Source: Callorhinchus milii
Lineage: Eukaryota
Assembly: GCF_018977255.1 (NCBI RefSeq)
Contig: NW_024704742.1
Span: forward strand, 23,004,001 to 23,068,000
Direction: 5' to 3'
Length of the DNA: 64,000 nucleotides
A model generated the notes under the pieces. It did not search any database and was not told where the DNA came from. It worked only from the letters and a program-made list of their open reading frames with translations. A program made the translations under genes and the position numbers. Positions within the stretch are counted from its first letter, which is position 1; each line of letters starts with the position of its first letter. This document shows positions 63,946 to 64,000 of this stretch, piece after piece.

Positions 63946-64000
63946 CAACAAAGCCCAAAATACTGCAGATGCTGGAAATCTGAAACAAAAACAGAAGTCA
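63946..64000 (-). mobile_element. End of the same Penelope-like repeat, running off the window
   Basis: aaaatactgcagatgctggaaatctgaaac is approximately the reverse complement of 54312-54340. Confidence 0.6.

Overview
This is repeat-rich eukaryotic (vertebrate) genomic DNA, not a prokaryotic operon, so most of the supplied short ORFs are noise or retrotransposon remnants. The repeat complement suggests a cartilaginous fish, probably a chimaera/holocephalan (inference): CR1 and L2 LINEs, a tRNA-headed SINE with an L2-type tail, older Deu-type SINEs and Penelope-like palindromes. The main host feature is a minus-strand, multi-exon gene. Eight GT-AG exons between 38819 and 18944 splice in phase into an uninterrupted stretch of about 615 codons. 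That stretch contains an IQ motif and the ELEEWLD..YE..F.KR..W..I...EL..YF.DC.HFP block that I recognise, from memory, as IQCM. The candidate exon just upstream (40143-40377) is phase-compatible but carries three stops, and the conserved C-terminal exons are not found intact. The introns hold a near-full-length CR1 with a nested L2, many L2 3' fragments, about 20 SINE copies, a foldback MITE family, an unclassified old repeat family, hammerhead-ribozyme-like fragments and a 15/16-bp minisatellite. I found no convincing wholly new biological system. The best leads are the partly decayed and expanded IQCM-like gene, a frameshifted non-autonomous L2 lineage, SINE/L2 tail sharing, and inverted SINEs flanking a candidate exon.
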